DNA of 46,839 nucleotides from Guillardia theta CCMP2712. Its lineage: Eukaryota > Protista > Cryptophyta. Location of the stretch: the NCBI RefSeq assembly GCF_000315625.1, contig NW_005434515.1:85157-131995 (forward strand), written 5' to 3'. The notes under the pieces were generated by a model. It was not told where the DNA came from. It worked only from the letters and a program-made list of their open reading frames with translations, and made no database searches. Below, one piece after another: positions 45,696 to 46,839 of the stretch. A program made the position numbers and the translations under genes. Position 1 is the first letter of the stretch, and each line of letters starts with the position of its first letter.

Positions 45696-46839
45696 TGGAA
45701 GCAGGAGGAGGAGGAGGAGTTGAGGGCAGGTGGGACAGTGGGCACCAGGGCGTGGTGGAATCAAGCAGAAAGAGACAAGAAGGTGAGAAAAAGAATGACA
45801 AAGAAAATCCAAAAAACAGAAAAATACAAACATTCGACTTGATAGGGGAGATCCCCTGGAGTCTACGGGAAAACAATAGAGAGTACGGAGCAGCGGCGCT
45901 GCTCAACTCAGGAGAAGATGGATTTCTCTCTGAGGACGTTATGGAGGCATTAATCGTTGAGGTAAACCGAAATTTAGAACCAGCGGAAGACAGATTTCAA
46001 ATAGCATGGCTCCAAGGCACGAGGTATGCCAGCGAGCAAACTAGAAACCAATTTGGGCTGCAGAGAGGGACCATTGTTCTCCCGAGAATAGTAGCGGGTT
46101 TGAGAGATCAGGAGGGAAGGGCAAGGAGAGCAAAGCGACTGTTAGCCGGAGCAGATCAACCATTATTATTCCCATGCGTAGAAAACGGCAATCATTGGAT
46201 CCTAATCGTGGCAGATGTCAACACAAAAAGAATACACATCGTCGACTCGCTCAACACGGCCGGGGAGAGAGACCTGGGGACAGTCAGAAGTCAAAGGGAT
46301 GCACAGTTTCAATTGGGGGGCGCACAGCGAATGGACCTAGCATCACTCGTGGCGACGATCATCACCGAGGCAATTAGCGACCAACAAGAACAAGACGACA
46401 AGGCATGGAGGGCATGTGTGTCAACGGGACTGCAACAAACGGACGGCTACAACTGCGGAATTTTTGTACTACTGCATCTGCTACTGATCGCAAAGACACG
46501 AAAGCAGACGCAACAACACGATATCTTCAACATAGGTAGGCAACAAGGCGTCCCGCCACACCAACAATGGCTCGTGAGAACAAGGCACCTGCTGCTGGAT
46601 GGGCTCTGGGGAGGGGGTCTAGAACAAGTGCACATGCGAGAAACGATCCAATGCATCTGCAGAGCGTTACAACACGCGCAAGAAACAGGCAACAAGGAAT
46701 GGCAAGCAGCGAAGCTCACCATGGAACGTAGACCTAACCAGATGGAAAGGCGAGAGAATGGCCAAAAACGCGCAGGCGAGCTTCAGATGACCCAGGTAGC
46801 CGAAGATGCATGGCTAGAGGAGAGATGGAAAGACGGAGC
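45695..46839 (+). CDS. Intronless ORF, 3'-partial (381 codons to the window end), with a Ulp1/C48 SUMO-type cysteine protease domain; probable retroelement ORF2
   Basis: Manual translation from ATG 45695 has no stop: GFLSEDVMEALI...LLFPCVENGNHWILIVADVNTKRIHIVDSLN...LQQTDGYNCGIFVL. His at 46193, Asp at 46244, Cys at 46454. It is absent from the ORF track because it has no stop codon in the window. Confidence 0.82.
   Translation, partial: MEAGGGGGVEGRWDSGHQGVVESSRKRQEGEKKNDKENPKNRKIQTFDLIGEIPWSLRENNREYGAAALLNSGEDGFLSEDVMEALIVEVNRNLEPAEDRFQIAWLQGTRYASEQTRNQFGLQRGTIVLPRIVAGLRDQEGRARRAKRLLAGADQPLLFPCVENGNHWILIVADVNTKRIHIVDSLNTAGERDLGTVRSQRDAQFQLGGAQRMDLASLVATIITEAISDQQEQDDKAWRACVSTGLQQTDGYNCGIFVLLHLLLIAKTRKQTQQHDIFNIGRQQGVPPHQQWLVRTRHLLLDGLWGGGLEQVHMRETIQCICRALQHAQETGNKEWQAAKLTMERRPNQMERRENGQKRAGELQMTQVAEDAWLEERWKDG

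Overview
Gene-dense eukaryotic nuclear DNA with many short (~40-50 nt) introns and plant/algal-type TTTAGGG telomeric repeats. A cryptophyte-like alga is my inference only. About 1.8-41.8 kb holds roughly 13 protein genes: CFAP97/Hemingway-like, PDZ + coiled-coil, SPRY-like + ankyrin, PAN2 deadenylase with four PAM2-like motifs, degenerate CPBP protease, thymidylate kinase, acyl-CoA oxidase/dehydrogenase-like, FAM192A/Fyv6-like, a doubled MORN+PA protein, and several hypotheticals. The left end is a 457-bp split direct repeat. The right end (42.0-46.8 kb) looks subtelomeric: a minisatellite, then retroelement pieces separated by three internal (TTTAGGG)n tracts. The pieces are (i) a decayed ORF1-like segment, (ii) the 3' end of a restriction-like-endonuclease (RLE) non-LTR element whose last 19 nt are repeated 16 times directly against a telomeric tract, and (iii) a truncated ORF1 coupled by TAATG to an open ORF2 with an intact Ulp1/C48 protease triad, which the ORF track misses. 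This putative telomere-targeted, protease-carrying retroelement array is the most interesting signal. All domain calls are by eye from motifs. No database searches were run, and boundaries of multi-exon genes are approximate.
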